Assembly: GCF_009914755.1 (NCBI RefSeq)
Contig: NC_060931.1
DNA length: 64,000 nt
Direction: 5' to 3' (one strand)
DNA from: the human T2T-CHM13v2.0 reference genome, Homo sapiens
Shown: positions 42,885-57,159 of the stretch, piece after piece
Layout of the letters: each line of letters begins with the position of its first letter
How positions within the stretch are numbered: position 1 is the stretch's first letter
Translations under genes and position numbers: made by a program
Notes under the pieces: generated by a model
Database searches by the model: none
Told to the model about the DNA's origin: nothing
What the model saw: the letters and a program-made list of their open reading frames with translations, nothing else

Positions 42885-44027
42885 TTAGACCTAAAACCAT
42901 AAAAGCTGCAGAAGAAAACCTAGGCAATACCATTCAGGATATAGGCATGGGCAGGGACTTCGTGTCTAAAACACCAAAAGCAATGGCAACAAAAGTCAAA
43001 ATTGACAAATGGGATCTAATTAAACTAAAGAGCTTCTGCACAGCAAAAGAAACTACCATCAGAGTGAACAGGCAACCTACAGAATGGGAGAACATTTTTG
43101 CAATCTACTCATCTGACAAAAGGCTAATATCCAGAATCTACGATGAACTCAAACAAATTTACAAGAAAAAAACAAACAACCCCATCAACAAGTGGGCAAA
43201 GGATATGAACAGACACTTCTCAAAAGAAGACATTTATGCAGCCAACAGACACATGAAAAAATGCTCATCATCACTGGCCATCAGAGAAATGCAAATCAAA
43301 ACCACAATGAGATACCATCTCACACCAGTTAGAATGGCGATCATTAAAAAGTCAGGAAACAACAGGTGCTGGAGAGGATGTGGAGAAATAGGAACACTTT
43401 TATGCTGTTGGTGGGACTGTAAACTAGTTCAACCATTGTGGAAGTCAGTGTGGTGATTTCTCAGGGATCTAGAACTAGAAATACCATTTGACCCAGCAAT
43501 GCCATTACTGGGTATATACCCAAAGGATTATAAATCATGCTGCTATAAGACACATGCACAGGTATGTTTATTGTGGCACTATTGACAATAGCAAAGACTT
43601 GGAACCAACCCAAATGTCCAACCATGATAGACTGGATTAAGAAAATGTGGCACATATACACCATGGAATACTATGCAGCCATAAAAAATGATGAGTTCAT
43701 GTCCTTTGTAGGGACATGGATGAAGCTGGAAACCATCATTCTCAGCAAACTATCTCAAGGACAGAAAACCAAGTACCGCATGTTCTCATTCATAGTGAGA
43801 ACTGAACAATGAGAACACATGGACACAAGAAGGGGAACATCACACAGTGGGGCCTGTTGTGGGATGGGGGGATGGGGGAGGGATAGCATTGGGAGATATA
43901 CTTAATGTAAATAATGAGTTAATGGGTGCAGCACACCAACATGGCACATGTATACATATGTAACAAACCTGCACCTTGTGCACATGTACGCTAGAACTTA
44001 AAGTATAATAAAAAAATTAAAAAAAAA
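42885..44027 (+). mobile_element. L1PA (young primate, about L1PA4) 5'-truncated 3' end
   Basis: ORF track gives L1 ORF2 C-terminus ([19 protein letters not shown]...[12 protein letters not shown]); typical 3'UTR and AATAAA/poly(A) at 44007-44027. Confidence 0.97.
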
Positions 44028-45717
44028 TTCCACCATCCCTTAAAAGGCTGCTCTCTCCATAGGCAGTTAGCGCTACCAACCTAATGGCTCTATGGTGGAA
44101 TTGTCCATGAAGGGAAAGGAAAGAAAGGGAGAGGATACAGAAAAGATTATTAGTGACTTGCTCTCTATTTTAAATATTTAATTGCATTTATAAAAGTAAA
44201 TATTTTATTCTAGAATAGCTTCAGGTTTGCAGAAGGCTTGCAAAGGTTGTTCAGGGAGTTCTGGTATACCCTGCACCCAGTATACCTAAGATCTTCCATT
44301 GGTGTGATATATTCATCACAACTAATAAACCAATATTATGGTACATTTTGTATCAACATCCATAATTGACTATGATTTCCAGTAACATTTTTAAAGAGGA
44401 GAAAAGGATTTCATCTGTTTTTTTGCATTTATCCTGTATCTTACAATTTCCCCCCCTGAACTGAACTGTTATTCCAATAGAGGAACACTGAAATTACTGG
44501 TGTGATAGGAATTCCCTAGGATATTGTCCTCCTCTTTATAGATTTTTGTGGGGAGTTGCTATTGTAACCTATAATCTGCAGCCCAGCATTCCTTTTTTAC
44601 TGGACAGATAATTTTGTGAGATGAGGCCTGTAAAGTGCTTGGCATTGTGCTCAGGCCACTTTATTTCTCAGGCACTGGAGCAGAGTGCTAGGGGACTATA
44701 GGTTTTTCAGTGACTGTAAAAGAAAAAGTTTGAGATGAGGAAAAGAAATTGTCCCTGGAACCTATTTTTAAAACAGCAAAATCTATAATAAATGAATAAA
44801 TGTTTTATTAAATGTCCATGAAGCATAACATTATATCAACTTCATGAGCTATTAAACTTATTAGTCACAAAAATGTCATTATACTTGAAAAAATATCTGT
44901 AGGTTAGATTTTCTTCACCAAAAATCTCGAGTTGGCATAAAGTCATTGCTGATAAATTAGGGATTATCCTAATTAAATAAATAACATATAGCCAAAAATT
45001 TTGGAAGCAAAGGGGATAATAATTATGTCCATTTTTTTCTTAGAAAAATATATATTAATGAAAGATAGTCAATTTTAATATACCGTTATGATGCACATGA
45101 AAGTAATAAAAATGTCCCACCTACAATGTAGTGAGTGATCAGCAAATTTTACTTCTCTTTCTTTCTTCTATAAACAAATATTTTGTATCATGGGGAATTA
45201 TAAGATAATAATGTAGAAAATGCATGCATTGGCAAATTCCAACAGGAGATTTGATTATTTGAGTTCATTTTGAGGGGATTCCATAGCATAGGATATAGGA
45301 AAAATAAACTTAGACTTGTAGTCAGAAGCCCTGGGTGACTTTCTCCTCTGCCACTTAGTTACTCATTAATGTTAGAAGGCTGTGTGTTGCCTCAGAGCTT
45401 TGATATCATTATCTGTATAGTGGGAATGCTAATCATATCTGTGTATCAACACTAAAGTACTGCTCATGAAATCACTCAATGAACTGTCAGGTCTATCACA
45501 ATATTAGATGAAATTGCTGGTCATTATTCTTGTTGTTGTACTACTATGTCCTTTCTTTAGAAGTATGTCAGAACCAGTGAGGTTGATATAATTAGAACAT
45601 TTTAGGCTCCTCATACAGCTTTCAATGTCAATTTTCAGAAAAATACAGATTATTTAAATAAACAGCAGCAGGAGATAGTAGCGTGATTGACTGTATTTTC
45701 TTCACTGCCCATTGTGA

Positions 45718-46059
<342 letters not shown>

Positions 46060-49000
46060 AGTATGTCCACATTTTCTATGTCTCCTTGATTTATTGATGG
46101 TTCCAATGAAGAGGGGGTTACCTGAGGCATTTTGGGGCAGACACCTCATGATAGATCCCACCAACTTCTTTCTGCCTGCTCTCTTGGAAGATATATACCC
46201 ATCTTGAATGTTTCCTGCTTACTGACTTGTCCTAGGGACACAAAAGTGCTAAGTGTATACACTTTTATCATAAGTTTTAAAAATCCACAAATAAAATTAA
46301 AAAACTATTAAAAAATTTCCCCTTCAATAATTATATGAAGAACATGAATTGCTAGGTAGAAAGTCATTATAAAAATACATATACATTTAACAGTTTCATT
46401 GTTTTCCAAAAAATTTAGCGCAATTATTCTGAAAATTAAAAGAAATTATGATTCCACTGCTTGAAATCCTGGCATTTATTGAAGATTCCTCAAAAGAACT
46501 GACCCATTTGTATTGGCAGGGTCATAAAACTGCTCAGAGTTTTGCTCAGGAAGCATAGTTTGTCCTGTGAAGCTTCTTAAGGGTAACTTTTCAACACATT
46601 ATAAATATTTTAAATCAATTGGTTGAACTTAATGTCATTTAAGTTGTAATGAAAGCTCTACTCAAATGCTGTGCCCTGAAAGGACAAGATAATAAATAAA
46701 GATATATATTTTTGCCACTTATTTTTTAGCAAGTCCTGCTGAAATGGGAGAATGTTTTAAATTACAAAGCAATTTAAGAATTCTAAGGAGGGCATATAGA
46801 TTCATAACTTGTTGCATCTTTTGTAGGATACAGCCAGCCTGTACTTCATGATACAAAACATTCTACAAAAATATGTTTGAGAAGTCAAATGTCTAAAAAA
46901 ATACAATAGACTTTTTTATGGTATGGGTATAATATTTCACTTTTGGGAAGCTATCAATGAGTACCATTTCTTAAGCATCATCCCTGCTGGCAGTGCCTTT
47001 GCCTCCTAGGGTTCAGGTGTTCCAGTGAGTGGGTTCAGACCTTCACAGGCAGCAGGAGAGGCAATTGCCTGCCCATTATCTCCTGGGAAAAAGAGAAGTC
47101 AAGCCATGAGCCTCCCTTTCTCATAGGAACGTTGTCTCTGTCTGATCCTTTCCATGGGGACTTGATCTGAATTCTGGGTGGCTTGCAGTTGTTAAGTCAC
47201 TTGAAGTAGATGCCTGTAATGTTCTGGAGCATGGTGAAGGGAAAAGTGAGTGGGATATGCCAGGCTTATGTATGTGGCTGCCTGTGGGAAACTCTCTAGC
47301 TGTCTTCTAAAGCAGCACTGCAAGTTGCCTTTTCTTATTGCTGTTCTCACTGCCTGCAATTGAATGAGGACTGAGGAGGAGGGAAGGATTTGGAAAGAAA
47401 GAGAATAAGTTGGGTAAGGGGGTGCTGGCAGTGACGGTGACAATGTGTGAACTGATAGGTGTCTGAGAGTCCTAGGAATCTGCATGGGACCCCTCAGCAT
47501 TGAAGAGAGAAGGGAGGGGAGAAAAGACTGTGAATATGCTGCAGTGAGAATTGTCAGAAAGCAGTTTGTTTTTTGGCTTGGCTGGTGCTGCTACAATTAA
47601 TAGCCTAAAAGTGTCACAGCTACCTCATGAGGGCTGACTTTTCTTCCCTTGCTCAAACCTCCATGGGTATCTCTAAATCATTGTCAGTCAATTCTGGAAT
47701 AAAATTGTGAATTTGGCCTACAGAAGGTGGTTTAGGGCATGACTTAAAATATACAAACATATCTATTATGTAAATGTCAAGAATCACCTTTTCCATGTGA
47801 GTGTATTGAAAAAACTGTTATACACCATAATTCCCTGGTCACAATAGCTCCTGAACAAGTCAAATCTATATCAAGTCCAAGTCTAGCGAGCATTGCTAAG
47901 TGCTCACATTAATTCCAAAGTACAGTTTGTATTTACTTAAATCCTACTTTAAATAAAAGAATTAAATGACCAGATAGATATGATGAATCTATATGTGACT
48001 TTACTCGATATTTTCAGTTGTTTTTCTGTGTGTTGCCAATAATTACAAATGGTGTTCATAAAATCCCAATATTTCCAATACGGATATACTTTAAATTTTA
48101 AAATGTATTTCTTGTATATGCAGTACCATGGAAAGGAGGAGAATATAATATTGAATATAGTATATTTAAACAATATCCTTTGGCCACGTGCAAGGTTATT
48201 GTAAACTTGCAGAAATTATAGAATTAAAACCTTATAACCATCTCTCACAGGTACTTCTGAAGGAGAAATACCAAAGTCAAACATTCTTTTAGAAAAATAT
48301 TGGCTTCTTTTCTTTCAAAATACCATTTCTAACTAATTATAAAATCAAAGGAAACCACTATAGTTTTAAAAGTATCTGTTTTGGCTAGTTGAGGAAAGTC
48401 AGTTATTATTCAGCTCACGTAACATAGTTCATCTTATATATGTAGCATTTTTATTACTGTTCTAGTACTGATTTTAGTTCATTGCAATTTATGCTATTTG
48501 CGCTCTATTTGAAACACTTTTTTACTTCATATAGAAGCAAAAAGTATGAGGAATGCTGGAGCACCATTGGCTTTTGGAACCATTCTATTCTGTTATTGTA
48601 ATGAAATTATTAATTTAAGGTGGAAATCCAAAATGTTCTGTATGGTATGGTGCTAGTACAAACGGTCATTGACTCCTGTACAAATTAAGCTGCAACACTG
48701 TTTAGAAAGATTGTGGGACTGTAAGACCAACTAATTATACTTATCCATTTTCTTTTTATCACAGTGATTTTCTTATCAGAGTTCTTAAGGCAATGCAACT
48801 ATATAGGAAAGATCTTTTACTAGTGCTAGTTGAAACTTCTGAAATAGCCTTGGTTGTATGAAGAATTTTTTTAAGTGAGAACCAAAGCCAGATTTATTTT
48901 TATGGGAACTAAAAACATGGATACTCAACCTCGATTAACCTCATGATAGTTTAAATACAACTAATCTTGGTTTCTTGTTTATCGAGTCATTTTCTCTACT

Positions 49001-49557
49001 TAAAGTTTATTAATATTATTGTCATTACTGTTTATAGTTATCGCTAAATACAGCCCACAGGCCAGTTGGTGCTGAAAGGGAAGACCTTTTATCCTATAAT
49101 GTTTAATTACTTCTTTCAGCTTGGGAAAGTATGGGCAGAAAGATAGTGAACTTTAGCATAAGAACAATTGAACAAAGTTCTATTTAGTCTGATGGTTTTC
49201 CTCAATTGTAAAATTGATTCTCTTGATCAATAGTGTAGAGAGAAAAAAAGGTAATGCTGCAGAGAAGTGAGGTGGAAAATGGTACCATTCAATAGGACTT
49301 GACAGCAGCACCACAATCTTGTAGTGGCATAGATTCCAAGAATAGCTCTGTTCATGGCCACTAGTAAATACAAATAAAATAAGCAAACACAATTTAAATT
49401 ATTTTCCACTTTGATTTAGTCACATCATTTGTTTTGTCCATTATTTTGACAGAGTCCTCTAATGAAGCATTTACTTGGTACAAAGAATTGTGTAAGGGAT
49501 GGCAGATATATTGTTAGAATTTTCTATGTAAGTCTAGTTATAAAAATGCAATAAATA

Positions 49558-49948
<391 letters not shown>

Positions 49949-50605
49949 TCAGTGATCTCCATGATGCCTCTTGCACAGGTATAAACAGCCTGGACAGTAA
50001 TTTTTCCTGAGAATGCAAGAATATGAACTTAGATGTACTTGAGATTCAGATGTATTATACTGACAAAGGTGTTTGACAAATTATCTCCTGACTGATGCCA
50101 CAATTCAAGATGGGATAAAGGATTTTCTAATAGATAAAGGTCACCAGGAGAATTTTAGGGGTCTGACAGGGGGTGCCAGGCTCAGAATCAGGGCATAGAT
50201 GGTGGGAAGGAAGGCGGCAGGTACGAGATTTCAGTGGGGAATGGCAGTGGTTTCCAGTGCAGTGAGCTGAGTACAATTGGGTACCACCCTTCTCAGTCCC
50301 CAGGTACCATGAGCATGTGGCAAATTGTAAATCACTAGTTGGACAAGGACAGCTTCTACTATTGGGATCTATGGATGTGCTCACTGATGGCTGGACACTA
50401 GAAAAGGAAGGTGTTTGCTTACTGGCTTGAGAGAACAATGAGAAGAAGAGGAAGAAAATGTCAGTAAAAAAGAAAAGCACTGATGGAAGCATAAGACCTG
50501 AAGAGGCTACAGAATGCAGGAGGTCCTATGGTGGCCACCCCAGAAAGAATGAGCAGCAGCCTGAATGCTCAGAGAGAAAGGAAAATGGGACAGCTGCAGA
50601 TGGCA

Positions 50606-50713
50606 ACTCACAGATTGCAGCCTAGATGCTCGCTGGCCTGCTACTCTATCCCTGACTTCACATGTACAATAGCCTGTGTCCTCTGGTCTCCATGGTGCAG
50701 AGAGGTCAAAGTA
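50606..50713 (+). repeat. Copy 1 of a dispersed ~110-bp direct repeat
   Basis: Shares CAGATTGCAGCC, GCCTGCTACTCT.TCCCTGACTTCACATGTACA, CCTGTGTCCTCTG and AGAGAGGTCAAAGTA with 52085-52201. Confidence 0.9.
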
Positions 50714-50810
50714 CACTGGTCTGGTTTAGCCTTCTCTACAATCCCAATTTTTCTGAGAGCATTAGAAAAGACAAAAGAAATGGGAGTGCTAAGCATTTGG
50801 TATATGAGGG

Positions 50811-51172
50811 TGATATGGTTTGCCTTTGTTTCCCCACCCATATCTCATCTTGAATTGTAATCCCATAATCCCACATGTTGTGGAAGGGACCCAGAGGGAA
50901 GTAATTGCATCATGGGGGCGGTTAGCCTCATGCTGTTCTTGTGTTCTTGTGTTGTTGATGGTTACATAAGAGGCATTTCCCCCACTTCCTCCACATTTCT
51001 CCTTGCTGCCTCCATGTGAAGAAGGACATGCTTCCTGTTCCTTCCACCATGATTGTAAGTTTCCTGAGACCTCCCCAGCCATGCAGAACTTTAAGTCAAT
51101 TAAACCTCTTTCTTTTGTGAGTTATCCAGTCTCAGGTATTTCTTCATAGCACTGTGAGAACAGACTGATACG
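50811..51172 (+). mobile_element. THE1 (MaLR) solo LTR
   Basis: TGATATGGTTTGCC...CCCATAATCCCACATGTTGTGGAAGGGACC...CAATTAAACCTCTTTC...CAGACTGATAC. Confidence 0.92.
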
Positions 51173-52084
51173 TGGGGCTACTAAATCAACATATGTACAA
51201 ACTTTACCTTATCTAGCACCTTCAAATCAATGTTGTTTAAACACCACTTCTTGACCTGTTCCTGGCCCTTTCATCTATTTCTTCACTATCTCCCATAAGC
51301 TTGATGGTGAATAAAGCTCATTTTGTGTTATCATTGACTTTCTGGCTCTGTCCTTGATTTCAAACATTGCATCTGATGCATTCCAGATCGTGGAACCCTA
51401 TCCCAGAATTAAAGTTAAGTTTGTCTTAGCCTTTATAAGTGTGGAGTAGGCAGACAAAATAATACGATCAAAGACTTACAATCAGTAGTAATGATCAAAC
51501 AGGTCTATGAAGGAAGTTTAGAATAAATAGCTAATGGGTTATAAAAGTTCTGAATGGAGAAGGCAATCTTAATCATGTATAGCTATATCACTGAGGGGAA
51601 ATCCAAATGATCCTGGCTTTGAAAACGGCCTTAGAAACTTCTAAGCCTAAACAAAGTCAATGACATATTAGAGATTTTCTGGTACATTTATGTCCTCATC
51701 TGGTTCTGTATTCAAAGGCAGCACCATTTCAAAAAATTGGATGGAAGCGTGGATTGGGGAGTGCAGAAGGAGCTGAGTGGGATCCTGTGAGAGATGATAA
51801 TAGTGCATAAGTGCATATCTCATTTTCCAGAATCACATTGCTCAAAATATCAGCTACTTTATCAGCAAAGCTAGAGGTCCTGGCAGTGGTGGTGGTAACT
51901 CCACAGCTTATGTGCTATGGACTCTCTCTCAATAATCTCCAAAAATCGACTAACAATGAGAATTTTACTAGAAAAAGAAATGACTTTAATTTACAGAGTC
52001 CAAAGACCATAGGTCACTAGTCTCTGAGCATCTAGTATATGGAGAACCAGACATACCAATCAGACACTCTGAGACCCCAGCAGC

Positions 52085-52201
52085 ACTCTCAGATTGCAGC
52101 CTGCATGCTCCCCAGCCTGCTACTCTGTCCCTGACTTCACATGTACAGTTTCCCACAGATACCTGTGTCCTCTGTCTCCACAGTAGAGAGAGGTCAAAGT
52201 A
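52085..52201 (+). repeat. Copy 2 of the dispersed ~110-bp direct repeat
   Basis: See copy 1; about 10 nt longer in the middle (GTTTCCCACAGATA). Confidence 0.9.
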
Positions 52202-53689
52202 ATATAACAGAATCCAGAAGGCCTGGCCTTCAGCATCACTGTGTCCCTGGCTAATACAAAGGCCATGTCACTTTTCCTTGCTGGTCCTCATTTTTCTCAC
52301 TTTTTATAAAAGAGATTGAGTCTGGATGACTCCTCACATCTTTCCCAGCACTTTGAATTTTTAAATTCATAAATCATTTGAGAAAATTTTGCTCAGTTCC
52401 ATCTGTACCTGTATGATGATGCTGCTCACTTAAACTCTTCCTCTGTCTCATCCAATATCCACCAAGTGCCGTGTGACTCAGTTTCCTCTTTGTATCAGTG
52501 CTGGCTTGGGTGATTCCTGCCTCCTCTAAGATGGTGAAATATAGAACAAATAGTTCCTATTTTATTTGTACATTTCCTTTTTGTGAAGTCAGTTTTGACT
52601 GCAAAACCAGCAAATCTTCTGTGAATAACTCCTTTTGCTTTATAATAAAATAGGAAGATTTCTGATAACACAGGTGATTCAAGATTGCTGAAAGGTTTAA
52701 TGATATATGCACTTGAAGTGATAAACGAATTATGTTGAAAAAGAAAATACTTAGAAGTGAATGATACAGAATTGTCTGAAAAACATTGTAATCTCAGCCA
52801 TCATGAATAAATTCAATAATTTTACTACTTCTAAAAAATGTTCTACAACTGATGTTATGTATTTGATTAGAGAAAATATTCCACAACATTTCAAAACCTT
52901 TTAACTCACATAATATATCCTACTCATAACAAATTTTAGTTTTGAAAACTGCTTCTAAACAAGTCACTTAACCTCCCTGCAACTACTTTTCCTCATCTGT
53001 AAACTGCAGAGTTTGAAATAGCTAATCTCTAAAGTGCCTTCCGGTTTGAAAATGTTATGATTCAGTTTTGCTTCTCATTTATTGTATACAGTGAGAACAA
53101 CTATTTTAGTGGCTAGGCACAATCGAAAACCTAATGATAATGACTTCAGCAGGGGTCTAATTGGAGCTTTTAGATATAAATTCAATTTATGCTAAGGTCT
53201 TTCTCATGGGCCTTAGTTGGATGGCGGCTTTACAGAATATTATTGGGGTTGGGTGAATTCCAAAGCATCTTTATTTTATAGCAGTATTTTTACTTTTCAA
53301 TAGAGTCATACTAATTTATAAGTTCATAGTGTAGAAAGACTTTGGCAATGGGAATTATTTTTAAATGAAAAATGATGAATATATTTTGCATAGGTTACAT
53401 AATTTCAGAGCCAGAAGCGATCCTGGAAAATTTATGCAGTATTACCAGGATAAGAACAATGCTAAAATAAGGAAATACATGTACCTGATTCATTAATCAG
53501 AAGATTTATATGGATAATTTTCTAACAGAAAGGAATATTTTGGGATTAAATAATAAAAGTGAATATGTTTCCAAGATAAAACAGTTGTCCCCATTATTCC
53601 TACCAGATGTCATGTGGAGAAATAAGCAGCAAAACAGAAAATAATTTTGAAAATTGTGTAGATAAATATTTTTCAGATTATATTTTGTG

Positions 53690-53900
53690 ACCATTATGTC
53701 TGCAAAAACCTATTGCTCAAAAATGGGCACTGTATTCAAATAAATTTGGGAAACACTATTTTAAACAAAGTTAAATCATATTTTAATTATAGAACTTTTA
53801 GAAGCCTTAATATTTTAGTGTGATATTTACTGTTAATTTCCAAGAGGATACAGTATACACAGTTTTAAAAATAAACTCATTAACTAGGGAACTTTAAAAA
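53690..53900. mobile_element. hAT-Charlie non-autonomous element (MER112-like)
   Basis: CAAATAAATTTGGGAAACAC...AAACAAAGTTAAA...CCAAGAGGATACAGTATAC resembles the remembered consensus. Confidence 0.45.
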
Positions 53901-55726
53901 TTTTTGATACAGATTAAAATATATATAATAATTATAAAGAAAGAGTACTATAAAATTTTAAATTCTGATCTATGCTATCTTGGAAAACATTCAGCTTAAA
54001 ATATTTGTAGTTGCAGTTACTTGTGCAACTATATATGTGTCTTTGTATTTACATATATGTGTTTTTTTTTTTAACTAAAAGACAACTTGGGAACATATTC
54101 AGAAAAACTTTTATGTTAATGTTCGTTTTTATGCTGCTATTTGTCTTCATGGTGTTCCAGTCTGGGTTCCGGGGTTATGTCTTTAGTTTTTGCCACTCAT
54201 TTGGGCTCTAGGTGCACTTTTAACAGTTTACTTTTATCTGTACTTTACTATCTTACTTCACTCTCATAACCTCAAACTGAATTTGGCTCAACCTAATTTA
54301 TTTATCCATTGCCCACCTCGTTTTCCCTCCACTCTGAAAACCACATAAAGGCGTTCTCTGTGCAGCATGCCGTATTTCCATTAGTAGTGCTGCAACACAC
54401 CCTGCCAGAAGCGTAGGACCATTCTGAACTCCTTTCTTTCTCCACTGATTACTGCCAAATAGTTAATAAGTCTTGTTGATTTTACCTGCTAATAGATAGC
54501 TACCTGAAAAAGAATGAAACTGGAGCCTTTTCTAGTATCAGATACAAAAATCTTCTTTTTTTCTATCTCTGCTGCATGATTGTAATTGCCTCCTAATTAT
54601 TCATCACATATACTTTTCCAAGCTCTTTTTTCTTTTTGTCACAATGCATATTTAAAACACAAATGTGATCATACCTTTTCTTCCCTTCATAGCCTCTCAT
54701 AGCTTCTTCCTTTGTAGAAAATGCCAAAGTCCTTACTATGGCCTACAAGGTCGTCAGTGACATTTGCACTCTAATGCTTTCTGATGCCATATCCCCTTTC
54801 TATTTTTTAAAAATTAACTTTATAGAGGTGTAATTAATATGCAATAAATGCAACCATTTTAAGTGCACATTTTGCAATTTTGACAAATTTATAACTTTAT
54901 ATATTTAGGGTATAGGACATTTCTATCACACCAGAAATGTCCCTTGGGCTCCTTCTCAGTCAACTTCAAACTCTACCCCAGGCCTTTCTGGTTTCTATGA
55001 TTCAGTGTATTTTTTTTTCCTTCAGTTTAAGTGGAAGAGTCCTTGACATGTTCATGCAATGCAGGGTCTTCCCTAGTGTTGTTTCCTCTGCCTGGGATCC
55101 TCCTCTCTGCCTCTAATGCCAAACACATACCCAATTGCCCACCAACTCTTATCCATCCATTTTCAATTTAAACATCATTTCCTGAGTCATTTGGAAGAGT
55201 GCCTGGCCACATATAAAGCACTCAAGAAATGTTAGTTATTATAATGAATTATAAATTGGTAGCTTGAAACCTATTGGGTTTTCCTGCAATAAAATTATAG
55301 AAAAATGGATAACAGTTTAAAATAAAAATACTAATTTGCATCTATTGAGATGATCATATGATTTACAAAGTGAGACAGTTTTGATGAGGGTATATTGTTC
55401 ATTCTGACATTTGCTTTGAAACCAGAAGAGCTCTCTGTGTTTTTCTTTAGTCTGTTATTGGTCAATACATTTTCTTAGATGCCATCAAAGGTAGAATTTA
55501 GAGAAAAAACCCATTAGATCACCTTACAGATAATATCTTCTGTAGTTGTAGGGTGCCTTAACTCTGTGTTCTTAATGCACAAAAAAAGGTCTATGTTTAC
55601 CCAGCTACTGAACTGTTATGTGGAAGAGAAAGAGAAAGAAAAGGAAGTAATTACTTTGTTGGGGCTTATCCCATCCATTATCCTTTGTCTATTATTACAT
55701 ATCTATTGTTTTGATACTTTTTGCTA

Positions 55727-55890
55727 TTTTTAAGACAAGATCTCTCTCTGTCACCCAGGCTGGGGTGCACTGGTGCCATCATAGCTCACTGTAGCCTTGA
55801 ACTCCTGTGCTCAAACTCCTGGGCTCCTCCCACCTCAACCTCCCAAGTAGCTGGGACTACAGGTGTGTGTCCCTGCACCTGAACATTTTT
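55727..55890 (-). mobile_element. Alu right-arm monomer (AluJ/FRAM-like)
   Basis: TGTCACCCAGGCTGGGGTGCA...CATAGCTCACTGTAGCCTTGAACTCC...GTAGCTGGGACTACAGG. Confidence 0.88.
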
Positions 55891-57159
55891 AATTTTTTTA
55901 AATGATCTATTATGTCATTGTGAAGGCTACATTGACCAGGCCATAGTTCTGGATTAATTCTCCCAAAGCCACATAGATGTGAGCTTGCTCTCTAATTAAA
56001 TATCAAGAATTATTTTAGGAAATCTTCTTGGTGGGATATCCCTTCTGGTGATTAATAAATCATAAAGCTCAAAGAAGACAGTTGAAGGAGCAGCTATTAA
56101 ACCAATGTGATCCTATTAAAGGGAAACTGAGAAAAATCGTTTTAGCCAGAATTTGACATTAAACTTTGTAAATAAATTAAAAATTTTAAAATAATTTTTT
56201 TCTAAGGAAATTGAAGAAAGTCTCATATAATAAAGCTGGATACTCTTCCACAATTAAAGATAAAAAAGAGAAGAAGTTGGAAGTGTGTTATGTTAGTGAC
56301 TGATGTGATTTGTATTTATGTGCTCTCCAAAGACCTTGTGTAGCCTGGAAACATTCATTTGTTAAAATGCTAAAAAGTAAAATATTTATTGTTTCATATA
56401 AAATCCTCTATGAGATGAAAATAAAGGAAGATTATTTGCTTTAATCATAAATTGTGCTATAATATTTTACTCTGAATATTTGTGATTGTACTGTTTGTAA
56501 TAGTATCATCAGTTATGTTGATTTTAGTCCTCTTTATTTACCTTGAATCAAAATTTTTCACATCTCAAATACATTTCTAAACCATTTATTTCAGTTGTTT
56601 GAAGAAAGCTAGTTAAGCTGCTATTTTATCCCTTGGTTTATGATTTTACAATTTCTTGTGTTTCTACTGACGTTTTGCCATGGTGTGGCCCTGGCAGGAT
56701 TTGTTTAGGGAGTGTGCTCAAATGAGAATAAGAGGGAAAGAGAAAATAATGCAAATGCTGCTGAAGGCTTTCATACAAACCAAATCATACTCAATTACTA
56801 AAAAGAATTAGACTGGGGCTTGTGTTGCCAAAAGGCATTTAAGAACTCAAATTATGTAATTAAAATGTTTATGTTGATCAAATTAGCCAGAGTACAAAGC
56901 AGTCCATAACAAAAATGAAGTTATTCAAGTTAATTCAAAAGTTATTAACATGTACAAGTTAGAAATTTAGCAAAAAAAAGAAATATCCACCTGCTACACA
57001 TATATAGACAAATACAAATCACTTTAAAACTCACCACATAAAGATAATTTTTCATTCTATTTCTTTTGAAACCCGTGTTTTTCAACATATTGGGCTCCTA
57101 TATTCATGCATTTTTATAACCTTCTTTTTATACTCAAAATGTTAACACACCCTTACATC

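Noticed and set aside
50127-50860. ORFs of 121 aa (minus) and 110 aa (plus)
   Set aside because: No recognisable domain or splice context; one runs into the THE1 LTR.
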